The notes below the pieces were generated by a model that had not been told where the DNA came from, ran no database searches, and saw nothing but the letters and a program-made list of their open reading frames with translations. From Burkholderiales bacterium (lineage in GTDB: Bacteria; Pseudomonadota; Gammaproteobacteria; Burkholderiales; SG8-41): a DNA stretch of 64,000 nucleotides. This document shows positions 24,078 to 37,403 of this stretch, one piece after another; position 1 is the stretch's first letter; the number at the start of each line of letters is the position of its first letter. Both the position numbers and the translations under genes were made by a program. The stretch is from the NCBI GenBank assembly GCA_022843705.1, contig JALHND010000003.1:8963-72962 (forward strand), given 5' to 3'.

Positions 24078-24306
24078 GCAGGACCAGTTCGGATTCTGGA
24101 TGCGCCGCAGCAAAACGGAGTCCGTGGGTGCCTCAATGACGGGAATGGGGGCCGTCGGACTGTCTTTTCGGCGATTCCGGACACCTGCGGGTAATGGTAG
24201 CCTGCCGTTCCGGCGTGCTGTCCGTTTTCCGGTTCGTGCATGATCAATGCGGCGTTTCCCTGCGAGGCGGCGACCCGGACAATGTCAACCGAGGACTGCC
24301 AGAGGC

Positions 24307-27300
24307 ATGACCCGAGCCGGATCTCCCCGCTACGCCGCTGAACTGCTGAGCCTGCTGGCCTGCGCGGTGCTGATTGCAATGGTCGCGGCCGCGGCCTGGT
24401 TGTCCTACCGGGGCCACAGCGAGTCGGAGCAGGAACTTGCCTTGCGCCGTGCGGAAAACATGGCGCTGGTGCTGCGTGCGCTTGCCGGTGACACCCTGCG
24501 CAGCGTCGATGACGCCGTGCGCGGGGTCAAGGGCGCGGTGGAACGCGGCGGCATCAACATCGACCTCGCCAAAATCACCGACGATTACCGCGCGATCGCG
24601 GACTACATCGCCGTCATTTCGGTTGCCGACGCCGAGGGGCGGCTGGTCCGCAGCACGCTGCCGATCCCCGAAGGCGCCATGATCACGGACCTTGCCCATT
24701 TCCGCGCCCACGTCGCCGAGGACAGCGGAGAACCGTTCATCAACCGGCCGGTGCTTGGCCGGGTTTCCGGCAAGTGGTCCTTCCATGTGACCCGGCGCAT
24801 CAACCGGCCCGGGGGCACCTTCGGCGGCGTTGCCATCGTTGCCGTGGATCTTTCCTACTGGGAGCGCCTGCTGCGCGAAGGGCATCTCGGCGAATCCGGT
24901 GCCGTGGCGCTGGTCGGGCTGGACGGGTTTGCGCGCGCGGTGTTTGCTCCCGGAGCGGGCGGGCCGGGCGAAATGATGAAGGCGGATTTCGGATTCCTGG
25001 CCCGCAAGGCCACCGCCGGCGGAGACGCCGGGGGGCGCGTGGCCGTTGCCGGCAGCGGTGGGGGGCTGGACGGCATCTGGGCCTATCGGCGGGTCGAGGG
25101 TTTCCCGCTGCTGGTTGCTGTTGCCGCCGATGACCACGCAACCTCGGCCAGGCTGCAAGCGATGCGCGACCGTTATGTCGGCGGCGCGCTGACCATCATC
25201 GTGCTGATCGTGCTGTTCACGCTGGCCCTGTTGATATTTTTCTCGCGCCAGCGGCTGCATGCGGAGGAGCGGGCGCGGATGGCCGAGTCCTGGCGCCAGA
25301 GCGAGGAACGGTTCCGCTCGGTATTCGACCAGGCGGCTGTCGGCATGGGCCTGCGAGATCTCGGCAGGCGCGACGAGCCGTGGCTGAGGGTGAATCAAAA
25401 GCTGTGTGAATTTCTCGGCTACCCGGAACAGGAGTTGCTGCAGATACCGTCATTGGCCACCAATGTCCCGGAAGACGAGGCCCTGGCGGCGGACATGGAC
25501 CGCCGGCTCGCTGCCGGGGAAATCGCGACCTACAGCCGGGAGAAACAGTACCTGCGCAGGGACGGCAGCCGGATCTGGGGCCACATCACGGTCAACGTTC
25601 TGCGTTATCCCGACGGGCGTCCGGCACAGGCGCTGAGCGTCGTGCAGAACATCAACGACCGCAAGCTGGCCGAGGCGGCCCTGCGCGAAAGCGAAAGCAG
25701 GTTCCGCACGATATTCGAACATGCCGGCATCGGCATCACGCTGCGCCACGCGAATGACCGTTACCGGCCGTGGCTGGCGGTCAACGACAAGTTCTGCGAG
25801 ATGACCGGCTACAGCCGCGAGGAACTGCTCCGCATGAGCACTGCGCAGATCACGCTTGCGGAGGAAAACGCGGATGTGGATGCCAACAACGCCCGCATCG
25901 CGCGCGGCGAAATCACGGGCCATGCCCGCGAGAAGCGGATCGTGCGCAAGGACGGCAGCCTGTTCTGGGTGGCGCTGGTCATCACCGCCCTGCCGGATGC
26001 CGAGGGCCGCCCGTACCGCGTGATCGCGACCTATCAGGACATCAATGCCCGCAAGATCGCCGAGGGGCTCGTGCGCGAAAGCGACGAGCGTTTCCGCGCC
26101 GTGTTCGAGCATGCCGGAGTCGGCATGTCCCTGCGCCCGGCACGCGACCGCCTGTTGCCCTGGACCGCCGTCAACGACAAGTTCTGCGAGATGACCGGCT
26201 ACACCCGCGAGGAATTGCTGCGCCTGAGCACCGCCGACCTGACGCCGCCGGAAGGTCATGGCGAGGCGATCCACGACAACCAGCGCCTGATGCGCGGGGA
26301 AGTCGCCAGTTATGCGCGCGAAAAGCGCCTGCTGTGCAAGGATGACCGGCTGCTGTGGGTCAACCTGTCGGTGGCCTCGTTGCCCGGTTCCGACGGCCGG
26401 CCGCTGCAGATCGTCAGCACCTACCAGGACATCACCGCGCGCAAGCAGGTCGAGGAACTGCTGCGCAAGAGCGAGCAGCAGTTCAAGGCGATATTCGACC
26501 ACGCAGGGATCGGCATCACGCTGCGTCCTGCGAATGACCGCAGCCATCCCTGGCTGGCGGTCAACGACAAGTTCTGCGAGATGACGGGGTACAGCCGCGA
26601 GGAGGCGCTGCGCCTGGGCACCATCGACATCACCGCGCCGGAGCGCACTGAAGGTGCGATCCGCGACAAGGAGCGGTTGCTGTCCGGGGAGACGCGCAGC
26701 TATTCCGTGGAAAAACGCATCCGTCGCAAGGATGGCAGCTGGATATGGATCGCGCTGTCGGTGGCTGCCCTGCCAGATGCGCAGGGCAGGGCCGACATGG
26801 TCATCGCCACCTACCAGGACATCAACGCGCGGCGGCTTACCGAAGAACGCCTGCGCGCGATCATCGCCGCCGAACCCGAATGCGTGGCCATCGTCTCGCC
26901 GGAAGGCATGCTGGTCGACATGAATCCGGCGGGGCTGCGCATGCTGGAGGCCGGCAACCTCGAAGAGATGCGCAATCGTCCGTTCCTGAAGCAGGTGGTG
27001 CCGCGATTCCGCCGCGCCTTCGTGCGGCTGCAGCGGCGGATACTGGCAGGCGGGTCGGGCATGCTCGAGTTCGAGGCCGAGGGCCTCGCCGGCAAGCGGC
27101 GCTGGCTGGAAATCCACGGGGCGCCGCTGCATGATGCCTCCGGCGCGATCACCGCGCTGCTCGGCATAGCGCGGGACGTCACCGAACGTCGCACGGCGAG
27201 GGAGGCGCTGGCCGCCGAACGCAAGCTGCTGCGGACCGTCATCGACAGCATGCCCGACCGCATCCGGGTCAAGGACCAGGGGTTGCGTTACATGCTTGCA

Positions 27301-28794
27301 AACAAGGCCTGGATGGCACTTCGCGCACCCGGTGCGGACGACGTCAAGGGGCTGGGCAACCATGACATCCTGCCGGCGGCGGAGGCTGAAAAGGTCGAGG
27401 CCGAGGATCGCGCAGTGCTGGAGACCGGCCATCCCAGCCGGCCGCGCGAGGTCTCACATGCCACGCCCGACGGCCTGCGCTGGTACATCACCACCAAAAC
27501 CCCCTTGCGGGGGGAGGACGGCGCGGTCACCGGCGTCATATCCATCAGCCGCGATGTCACCGACCTCAAGCTGCGCTCGCTGGAAGTGGAGAAACTGAAT
27601 GCGGTGCTCGAGGCGCGGGTCGCGGAGCGGACCCAGCAGCTGACGACCGCCAACGAGGAGTTGGAGGCATTTGCATCCTCGGTATCGCACGACCTGCGCG
27701 CGCCCCTGCGGCAGATCGATGGTTTTGCGGCTGCGCTGCACGAGGACTACGCTGACCGCCTCGACGCGACCGGCGGCGGTTACCTGTCGCGCATCCGCGC
27801 CGCAGTGTCGCGGATGGGAACGCTGATTGAAGACCTGCTGCGCCTGTCGCGGGTGACCCGCGCGGAACTACGTCTGGCCAGGATTGATCTGAGCGGCCTT
27901 GCCACGGCCATCGCCGCCGAAATGCAGCGGGAGAATCCGCCGCGCAAGGTGGAGTTCCGCATCCATGCCGGCCTGCAGGCCGAGGCTGATCCGGGGCTGC
28001 TGCATGCGGCCCTGGCCAACCTGATCGGCAATGCCTGGAAGTTCACCGGCAAGCAGGCCACCGCGGTCATCGAGTTCGGTGCCGGCATGCACCGGGGTGT
28101 CTACGCCTATTTCGTGCGCGACAACGGCGCCGGTTTCGACATGGCGCACGCGGACCGCCTGTTCGGCACTTTCCAGCGGCTGCATACCGACAGCGAGTTT
28201 CCGGGCACCGGCATCGGCCTCGCGATTGTCCGTCGCGTGGTGCGCCGGCACGGCGGAGAAATCTGGGCCGAGTCGGTGGACGGGCAGGGAGCGACCTTCC
28301 ATTTCACCCTGGGCCAGCCGGCGGCGACGGCACCGGCGGAGGTGGCGGCATCGCCGGGTGCCATGGCGCCGGAATCCGTGCCGATGATCACGGCGAATCC
28401 TGCGGCACCCGCCGTGCTGCTGGTCGATGATGATCCCGATGTGCTGTTGCTCACCCGGCGTGCGTTGCGCGACGACGGTTACGAACTGCTGACGGCGGAA
28501 AGCGCGGAAGCGGCGCTCGAACTGCTGCAGCAGCGCGCATTCAGCGCGGTGGTGTCCGATTTTTCAATGCCGGGTCGCAACGGCGCCGAACTGCTGGCGG
28601 CGGTGGCGCGGCTGCATCCCGGTTCGCTGCGCATCATCGTCAGCGGGCAGGCCCTCAACGATGCGATGAAGGCCGGCATGGACAGGGGTGAAATCCATCA
28701 GTGTTTCCGCAAGCAGGCCGATCATGGCTCCTTGCGCGCCTGCCTCCGTGAGGGTCTTGCCCGGCGCGCCGCAGCCGGCCGGGCTGCACCATAA
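24307..28794 (+). CDS. Hybrid sensor histidine kinase: periplasmic Cache-like domain, six PAS domains, HisKA-HATPase, C-terminal receiver
   Basis: Trimmed to MTRAGSPRY (ATG 24307). Two TM helices flank a ~270-aa periplasmic domain. Four tandem PAS modules sit on a 390-bp period, followed by two more PAS domains. H-box FASSVSHDLRAPL, G-boxes DNGAGFD and GTGIGLAIV, and REC (LLVDDDPDV...VVSDFSMPGRNG). Confidence 0.9.
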   Translation: MTRAGSPRYAAELLSLLACAVLIAMVAAAAWLSYRGHSESEQELALRRAENMALVLRALAGDTLRSVDDAVRGVKGAVERGGINIDLAKITDDYRAIADYIAVISVADAEGRLVRSTLPIPEGAMITDLAHFRAHVAEDSGEPFINRPVLGRVSGKWSFHVTRRINRPGGTFGGVAIVAVDLSYWERLLREGHLGESGAVALVGLDGFARAVFAPGAGGPGEMMKADFGFLARKATAGGDAGGRVAVAGSGGGLDGIWAYRRVEGFPLLVAVAADDHATSARLQAMRDRYVGGALTIIVLIVLFTLALLIFFSRQRLHAEERARMAESWRQSEERFRSVFDQAAVGMGLRDLGRRDEPWLRVNQKLCEFLGYPEQELLQIPSLATNVPEDEALAADMDRRLAAGEIATYSREKQYLRRDGSRIWGHITVNVLRYPDGRPAQALSVVQNINDRKLAEAALRESESRFRTIFEHAGIGITLRHANDRYRPWLAVNDKFCEMTGYSREELLRMSTAQITLAEENADVDANNARIARGEITGHAREKRIVRKDGSLFWVALVITALPDAEGRPYRVIATYQDINARKIAEGLVRESDERFRAVFEHAGVGMSLRPARDRLLPWTAVNDKFCEMTGYTREELLRLSTADLTPPEGHGEAIHDNQRLMRGEVASYAREKRLLCKDDRLLWVNLSVASLPGSDGRPLQIVSTYQDITARKQVEELLRKSEQQFKAIFDHAGIGITLRPANDRSHPWLAVNDKFCEMTGYSREEALRLGTIDITAPERTEGAIRDKERLLSGETRSYSVEKRIRRKDGSWIWIALSVAALPDAQGRADMVIATYQDINARRLTEERLRAIIAAEPECVAIVSPEGMLVDMNPAGLRMLEAGNLEEMRNRPFLKQVVPRFRRAFVRLQRRILAGGSGMLEFEAEGLAGKRRWLEIHGAPLHDASGAITALLGIARDVTERRTAREALAAERKLLRTVIDSMPDRIRVKDQGLRYMLANKAWMALRAPGADDVKGLGNHDILPAAEAEKVEAEDRAVLETGHPSRPREVSHATPDGLRWYITTKTPLRGEDGAVTGVISISRDVTDLKLRSLEVEKLNAVLEARVAERTQQLTTANEELEAFASSVSHDLRAPLRQIDGFAAALHEDYADRLDATGGGYLSRIRAAVSRMGTLIEDLLRLSRVTRAELRLARIDLSGLATAIAAEMQRENPPRKVEFRIHAGLQAEADPGLLHAALANLIGNAWKFTGKQATAVIEFGAGMHRGVYAYFVRDNGAGFDMAHADRLFGTFQRLHTDSEFPGTGIGLAIVRRVVRRHGGEIWAESVDGQGATFHFTLGQPAATAPAEVAASPGAMAPESVPMITANPAAPAVLLVDDDPDVLLLTRRALRDDGYELLTAESAEAALELLQQRAFSAVVSDFSMPGRNGAELLAAVARLHPGSLRIIVSGQALNDAMKAGMDRGEIHQCFRKQADHGSLRACLREGLARRAAAGRAAP
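25291..26850 (+). repeat. Four tandem in-frame PAS-module repeats, period exactly 390 bp
   Basis: The identical 26-mer gtcaacgacaagttctgcgagatgac occurs at 25780, 26170 and 26560. A diverged copy (gtgaatcaaaagctgtgtgaatttct) is at 25390. Protein repeats end in ...YQDINARK/ITARK. Confidence 0.9.
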
Positions 28795-28834
28795 AGTTCC
28801 GGGCGGATTGAGCCGTTACGACGGTTTCACCGCC

Positions 28835-30142
28835 ATGACCCCATCCGCATCCTCCGCAGTCCGCGAAGACCCGCCGCAAGGGACCAATCCCGAGCCCGTG
28901 GATCCGCATTACCTGCGCGACATCACCGCACTGGGGGATACCCTGGAGATCCGCGCGCGCAAGGCGATCTGGTCGAAATCCCGCATCAAGCTGGTCGACA
29001 GGGGGGTACGCATCGACAGCCGGCTGTACGAGCGCCTGATGCAGTTCAAACTGCAGCCGGCGATCGAGGAATGCCTGGAAATCGCCGATGCGGTTTCCGT
29101 CGAAGACTTGCGCCGGGAAACAATCCGGCTTCTCGAGTCCGATTCCGGATATGCCTGTTTGCGTGAACCGGCGGCGAATCCGAAGGCGGTGCTGTCGGTG
29201 ATGGGGCAGGTGCCGATCGACAGCGGGCTCGCGGTGCGCATGACCGTCATGCGCGAGCGCCGTCCCGCCATGTACGCGCACGCCGTCGGCGTGGCCGCGC
29301 TGGCGGTCTGCCTGGCCGGCAAGGCCGGAATTGCCGGTGACCGCCTGCGCCGGGCTGCCGCGGCCGGCATCTATCATGACATCGGCGAGATGCACGTCGA
29401 TCCGCAACTGCTCGAACCCGTCCGCGCCCTGGATGAAAACGAGCGCCGTCATATTTATACCCATCCGTTGACCGCGTACTTCGTGCTGCAGGAACACGAT
29501 TGCTGCAGCGGGGGTGTTGCCGATGCGGTGCTAGAACACCACGAACGCATCGACGGCAGCGGATATCCGCGCGGCATCCGCGGGGACGAACTGGGGAAAC
29601 CCGGACGCCTGCTCGCGCTGGCCGAGATGTCGGCGGCTTTCTTTGCCCCGAAACTGGCGAGCGGCGCACTGCAGCGCATGCGTGTCGTGCTGCGCCTGAA
29701 CCACCGCCGGCTGGACGCCGCACTGACTGACATGCTGATCGATGTCGTGCAGAAGGTCGCGCCGAACCAGGCGGCGCCGGAGCCGGCAGACAGTGCCGCG
29801 GTGATCGCGAAATCGGGCGCAATCCGTGCCGTTGTCGAGGACTGGCGGCAACTGCATGCCGCCGGCGGCGAAGACAGCGCCGCTTTCCACTGGGCGGCGG
29901 AGCGGATGCGTGATCTCGAGCGGGCACTGCATGAGGCGGGCCTCGGCATCCTCGACGCGGACGCGCTGGCCGGCGTCATCGGGCAGGATGCAGTAGCCTG
30001 CCGTGAACTGGCGGCGGCTGTACGGGAATTCGGCTGGCTGCTGCAGGAGGTGGTCAACGGCGTCTACCGCGATCCGGCCGTTGTCCCGGGAGAGCGTCTT
30101 GCCCGCTGGGCGTCAATGACGCGGCAAAAAATCGCGGCCTGA
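28835..30142 (+). CDS. HD-GYP domain protein (probable c-di-GMP phosphodiesterase)
   Basis: Track ORF 28688..30142 trimmed to MTPSASSAVRED (ATG 28835, 40 nt after the kinase stop). HD motif IYHDIGEM and HHERIDGSGYPRG. No receiver domain. N-terminal ~190 aa and C-terminal ~130 aa are unassigned. Confidence 0.85.
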   Translation: MTPSASSAVREDPPQGTNPEPVDPHYLRDITALGDTLEIRARKAIWSKSRIKLVDRGVRIDSRLYERLMQFKLQPAIEECLEIADAVSVEDLRRETIRLLESDSGYACLREPAANPKAVLSVMGQVPIDSGLAVRMTVMRERRPAMYAHAVGVAALAVCLAGKAGIAGDRLRRAAAAGIYHDIGEMHVDPQLLEPVRALDENERRHIYTHPLTAYFVLQEHDCCSGGVADAVLEHHERIDGSGYPRGIRGDELGKPGRLLALAEMSAAFFAPKLASGALQRMRVVLRLNHRRLDAALTDMLIDVVQKVAPNQAAPEPADSAAVIAKSGAIRAVVEDWRQLHAAGGEDSAAFHWAAERMRDLERALHEAGLGILDADALAGVIGQDAVACRELAAAVREFGWLLQEVVNGVYRDPAVVPGERLARWASMTRQKIAA

Positions 30143-30171
30143 ACGACGCGTTCCGCGGGCTGCTGGCCGGC

Positions 30172-30558
30172 TCAGCACTGCTCCCAGGGCAAACCCTCGA
30201 AACGCCAGCCGGTTTTCGAGCCGCGGTGATGGTTCTCGTCGAGCTCGCCCTCGAAGCCGTGCAGTACGTTGTAGACCTGGGTGAAGCCGGCTTCCTCCAG
30301 TGCATGGCCGGCATCGAGCGAGCGGTTGCCGCTGCGGCAGATCACCACGATCGGCCGATCGACGCTGGCGGCCTTTTTGACGTGGGCGACGAAATGCGGG
30401 TTGATGTCCCAGTTCGGGCCGTCGTTCCAGGCCACGTGGATGGCGCCCACCGGATGGCCGACAAAAAGGTATTCCATTTCGCTGCGGCAGTCGATGAACA
30501 CCGTGTTGGGGTTCTGCTTCAGGAATTCAAAAGCCTGTTTGGGTTCCAGATGTTTCAT
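30172..30558 (-). CDS. Single-domain rhodanese (sulfurtransferase)
   Basis: Trimmed to MKHLEPKQAFEFLKQNPNTVFIDCRSEMEYLFVGH (ATG 30558). Active-site loop CRSGNRS. Confidence 0.85.
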   Translation of the reverse strand: MKHLEPKQAFEFLKQNPNTVFIDCRSEMEYLFVGHPVGAIHVAWNDGPNWDINPHFVAHVKKAASVDRPIVVICRSGNRSLDAGHALEEAGFTQVYNVLHGFEGELDENHHRGSKTGWRFEGLPWEQC

Positions 30559-30679
30559 GGCCGGGACGTCTGCAATGATGGAGCGGGCATTATAGGCGGC
30601 CCCGGATGATGACGTAAGCCCATGATAAAATTCGCAATTCGATGAAGCCATTCCGCCGTCCCGGCGCCCGCCCTCAGTC

Positions 30680-34380
<3,701 letters not shown>

Positions 34381-34384
<4 letters not shown>

Positions 34385-35250
34385 ACACGGCCGCAGCGCG
34401 TTTTGACGCGCCTGCCGCGCGTTATCTCGCGCTGGCCGGCGCGGGGCGCAGCGCATGGTGGCGTTACCTGACCGGCATTGCGTTGCTGGTTCCGGTCTGG
34501 ATCGTCGGCGGCGCTTATGCCTACGGTTTGGCGATGCGGCTGCCGCTGGGGGAGGTCACGGAATTTGTCGCGATCAACGCCAGCATCTTGGTGCTGCTGG
34601 CCGGCGTGGTTGTGGTGACCGTGCTGCTGCATCGCCGGTCCTGGCGCACGCTGGTGACGCCCCTGCCCCGGGTGGATCCGCGCCGGATCCTGCAGGGCGC
34701 CGCGGTCTGGGTGGTGCTTGCCGCATTTTTCTGTGCAGCCGAGAGCCTGCTCCATCCCGGCCGTTATGCCTGGAGTTTTGATCTCCAGCGCTGGCTGCCT
34801 TTTGTTGCCGCGGCGCTGCTGCTGACGCCGCTGCAGTGCGCGGCGGAGGAAATGGTCTTCCGCGGCTACCTGATGCAGGCCTTCGGCCGCCTGTGCCGCC
34901 GTCCCGTCGTGCCGGCGATCGCATCCAGTGTCCTGTTCACGCTGCCCCATCTCTACAACCCGGAGGTGGCGGCCTACGGCCTCGCGATCATGGCCGCCAA
35001 CTATTTCGCGATGGGGCTGTTCCTTGCCGTGGTCACGCTGCGCGACGGGAGGCTCGAACTGGCGATCGGGGCGCATGCCGGCAACAACCTGCTGCTGGTG
35101 CTGTTCATCCATTACGAGGATTCGGTGTTCCGGACGCCGTCGGTGTTCACCGCCGGCACCCTTGATCCCGTATATTCACTGGTGACGCTGCTGCTCGGCG
35201 CAATCCTTTTTTACGGCTGGTTTTTCGGCAGAACGCGGGCGGGGGAATGA
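34381..35250 (+). CDS. CPBP-family intramembrane glutamic endopeptidase (CAAX protease-like)
   Basis: Polytopic protein with motifs [14 protein letters not shown] and HAGNN. The TTG start at 34381 overlaps the metH stop and is uncertain. Confidence 0.75.
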
Positions 35251-36008
35251 CAGGGCTTTTTTCGCAGGATGATGTCGCGCAGTTTGCGCGCGATGGTTAC
35301 CGGATTGTGCGCGGCCTGCTGCCGGCCGCCGCAAGGATGCGGATGCGTGCGGTGGCCGAACGTGACCTTGCCGCGGTGGCGCAACCGGTCGAATACGAAG
35401 CCGATACCCGTTATCCCGGGGCGCCGCAATCGCGTGATGCGCCGGGCGGACGCACGGTGCGCAGGCTGCTTCAGGCCTATGCCCGCGATGCGGTGTTCAG
35501 GGAATGGGCGACGGCAGCGCCGGTGGCTGGCCGGCTGCGGCAACTGCTCGGGCCGCGGATCGCGCTGGCGCAGGCCCACCACAACTGCGTGATGACCAAG
35601 GATCCGGCGTACAGCAGCCTGACCAGCTGGCACCGCGATATCCGGTACTGGTCCTATGCCCGCCCGGAACTGGTGTCGGCATGGTTCGCGCTGGGCGAGG
35701 AACGCATCGACAATGGCTGCCTGCTGTTGCTGCCCGGATCACATGCCATGGATTTCGACGCGGCGCGCCTTGATGCGGCACAGTTCCTGCGCACCGATCT
35801 CGCGGAAAATGCGGCGCTGCTGCGCACGCAGGTCGCTGCCGAACTCGAAGCGGGCGACGTGCTGTTTTTCCACTGCCGGCTGTTCCATGCCGCGGGCCAC
35901 AACCGTGGCACGCAGACCAAGTTCTCCGCGGTATTCACCTACCGTGCCCTCGACAATGCGCCGCTGCCCGGCTCGCGTTCTGCGGGTCAGTCCGATGTTG
36001 TTTTATAA
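35247..36008 (+). CDS. Phytanoyl-CoA dioxygenase (PhyH) family Fe(II)/2-oxoglutarate oxygenase
   Basis: 253 aa. WHRDIRYW (HxD), LLLPGSH and HAAGHNRG blocks typical of the PhyH family. ATGA overlap with the CPBP gene. Confidence 0.75.
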   Translation: MTGLFSQDDVAQFARDGYRIVRGLLPAAARMRMRAVAERDLAAVAQPVEYEADTRYPGAPQSRDAPGGRTVRRLLQAYARDAVFREWATAAPVAGRLRQLLGPRIALAQAHHNCVMTKDPAYSSLTSWHRDIRYWSYARPELVSAWFALGEERIDNGCLLLLPGSHAMDFDAARLDAAQFLRTDLAENAALLRTQVAAELEAGDVLFFHCRLFHAAGHNRGTQTKFSAVFTYRALDNAPLPGSRSAGQSDVVL

Positions 36009-36027
36009 GTATTTGATTATAAACAAC
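36003..36027. repeat. AT-rich IHF-consensus motif, copy A
   Basis: The reverse complement reads GTTGTTTATAATCAAATACTTATAA and contains WATCAANNNNTTR. It lies exactly between the convergent stops of the PhyH gene (36008) and ndh (36030). Confidence 0.5.
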
Positions 36028-36029
36028 TT

Positions 36030-37355
36030 TTAGTGCAGTTTCACACGCGGCTCGGTGCGCCGCGTGATCATCCGCGCCAGCGTGTCGAAAAACACCTTGG
36101 CGAAGCCGTGCAGCGCGTAGAGGTGCATGCGGTACAGCGACACGTACATGAAACGCGCGAACAGGCCTTCGATGAACAGGCTGCCGCCGACCAGCGCGCC
36201 CATCAGGCTGCCCACGGTTGAATATTCGCCCAGCGACACCAGTGAACCGAAATCGCGGTAGACGAAGGGCCGCGGCGCTTTGCCGGCAATCCGGCGTTCG
36301 AGGTTGTCGGCAAGGCGCGTTGCCTGCTGGTGCGCCGCCTGCGCCCGCGGCGGCACATTGTGTTCGCGGCCCGGCCAGGCGCAGGCCGTGCAGTCACCCA
36401 GTGCGAAGATGTCGGTGTCGCGGGTGGTCTGCAGCGTTGGTGTCACCACCAGCTGGTTCAGGCGGTTGGTCTCCAGGCCGGCGATGTCCTTCAGGAAATC
36501 CGGCGCCTTGATGCCCGCTGCCCATACCGTCAGTTCGGCGGGGATTTTGCGGCCGTCGGCAAGTTGCACCCCGTCGTGTTCGACCGCGGTGACCCGCGCG
36601 CCGGTCAGCACCTGCACATCGAGCGAAGCCAGCAGTTTTTCGGTGGATTGCGACAGCCGCTCGGGCAGCGCCGGCAGCACGCGCGGCCCGGCCTCGATCA
36701 GCGTGATGCGGATATCGCGGCCGGCGTCGATTTTTTCGAGACCGAAGGCCACCAGTTCGCGCGTCGTGTGGTGCAGCTCGGCGGCGAGTTCGACACCGGT
36801 TGCGCCGGCGCCGATGATCGCGACCTGCAGCTGCTCCGGCCGCAGCGGCTCGGACTGGGCATTGGCGCGGATGCAGGCGTTGATCAGCCGGCTGTGGAAA
36901 CGTTCGGCCTGCGCCGGCGTGTCGAGGCTGATCGCATGTTCCTTCGCGCCCGGCGTGCCGAAATCGTTGGTGCGGCTGCCGGCGGCGATGACCAGCGTGT
37001 CATAGGGAATCTCGCGTTCACCGATCAGCAGGCGGCCGTCCTCGTCATGGGTGGGCGCGATCAGCACCACCCGCCGTTCGCGGTCGAGCCCGCGCATCGC
37101 GCCGAGCTGGAAACGGAAATGGTGCCAGCGCGCCTGCGCCAGGTAGTCGAGCATGTGCTGGTCGACATCCATGCTGCCGGCGGCGACTTCATGCAGCAGG
37201 GGTTTCCACAGGTGGGTGCGCGAGCGGTCGACCAGCGTGATCTGCGCGCGGCCGCGGCGGCCGAGGCGGTCGCCCAGCCGCGTGGCCAGTTCCAGTCCGC
37301 CGGCGCCGCCGCCGACAATGACGATGCGCTGCGGAGTTGCAGTGTGTTCGGACAT
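36030..37355 (-). CDS. ndh: Type II NADH dehydrogenase (NDH-2)
   Basis: Track ORF 36030..37850 trimmed to MSEHTATPQRIVIVGGGAGGLELATRLG (ATG 37355). Two Rossmann GxGxxG motifs (IVGGGAGG, IIGAGATG). Confidence 0.9.
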   Translation of the reverse strand: MSEHTATPQRIVIVGGGAGGLELATRLGDRLGRRGRAQITLVDRSRTHLWKPLLHEVAAGSMDVDQHMLDYLAQARWHHFRFQLGAMRGLDRERRVVLIAPTHDEDGRLLIGEREIPYDTLVIAAGSRTNDFGTPGAKEHAISLDTPAQAERFHSRLINACIRANAQSEPLRPEQLQVAIIGAGATGVELAAELHHTTRELVAFGLEKIDAGRDIRITLIEAGPRVLPALPERLSQSTEKLLASLDVQVLTGARVTAVEHDGVQLADGRKIPAELTVWAAGIKAPDFLKDIAGLETNRLNQLVVTPTLQTTRDTDIFALGDCTACAWPGREHNVPPRAQAAHQQATRLADNLERRIAGKAPRPFVYRDFGSLVSLGEYSTVGSLMGALVGGSLFIEGLFARFMYVSLYRMHLYALHGFAKVFFDTLARMITRRTEPRVKLH

Positions 37356-37403
37356 GCACGGATTCCTGCCCTGATCCCGGAAACAGTATCGCATGGGGTT
37401 AAG

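Noticed and set aside
30559-30679. Possible SAH or cobalamin riboswitch upstream of metH
   Set aside because: SAH riboswitches are known upstream of metH in some Betaproteobacteria, so I looked for the GAGGAGCG...CAGGCUCGGAA-type core and did not find it. The 121-nt spacer is too short for a cobalamin riboswitch and shows no convincing structure. Only a covariance-model scan could exclude it fully.
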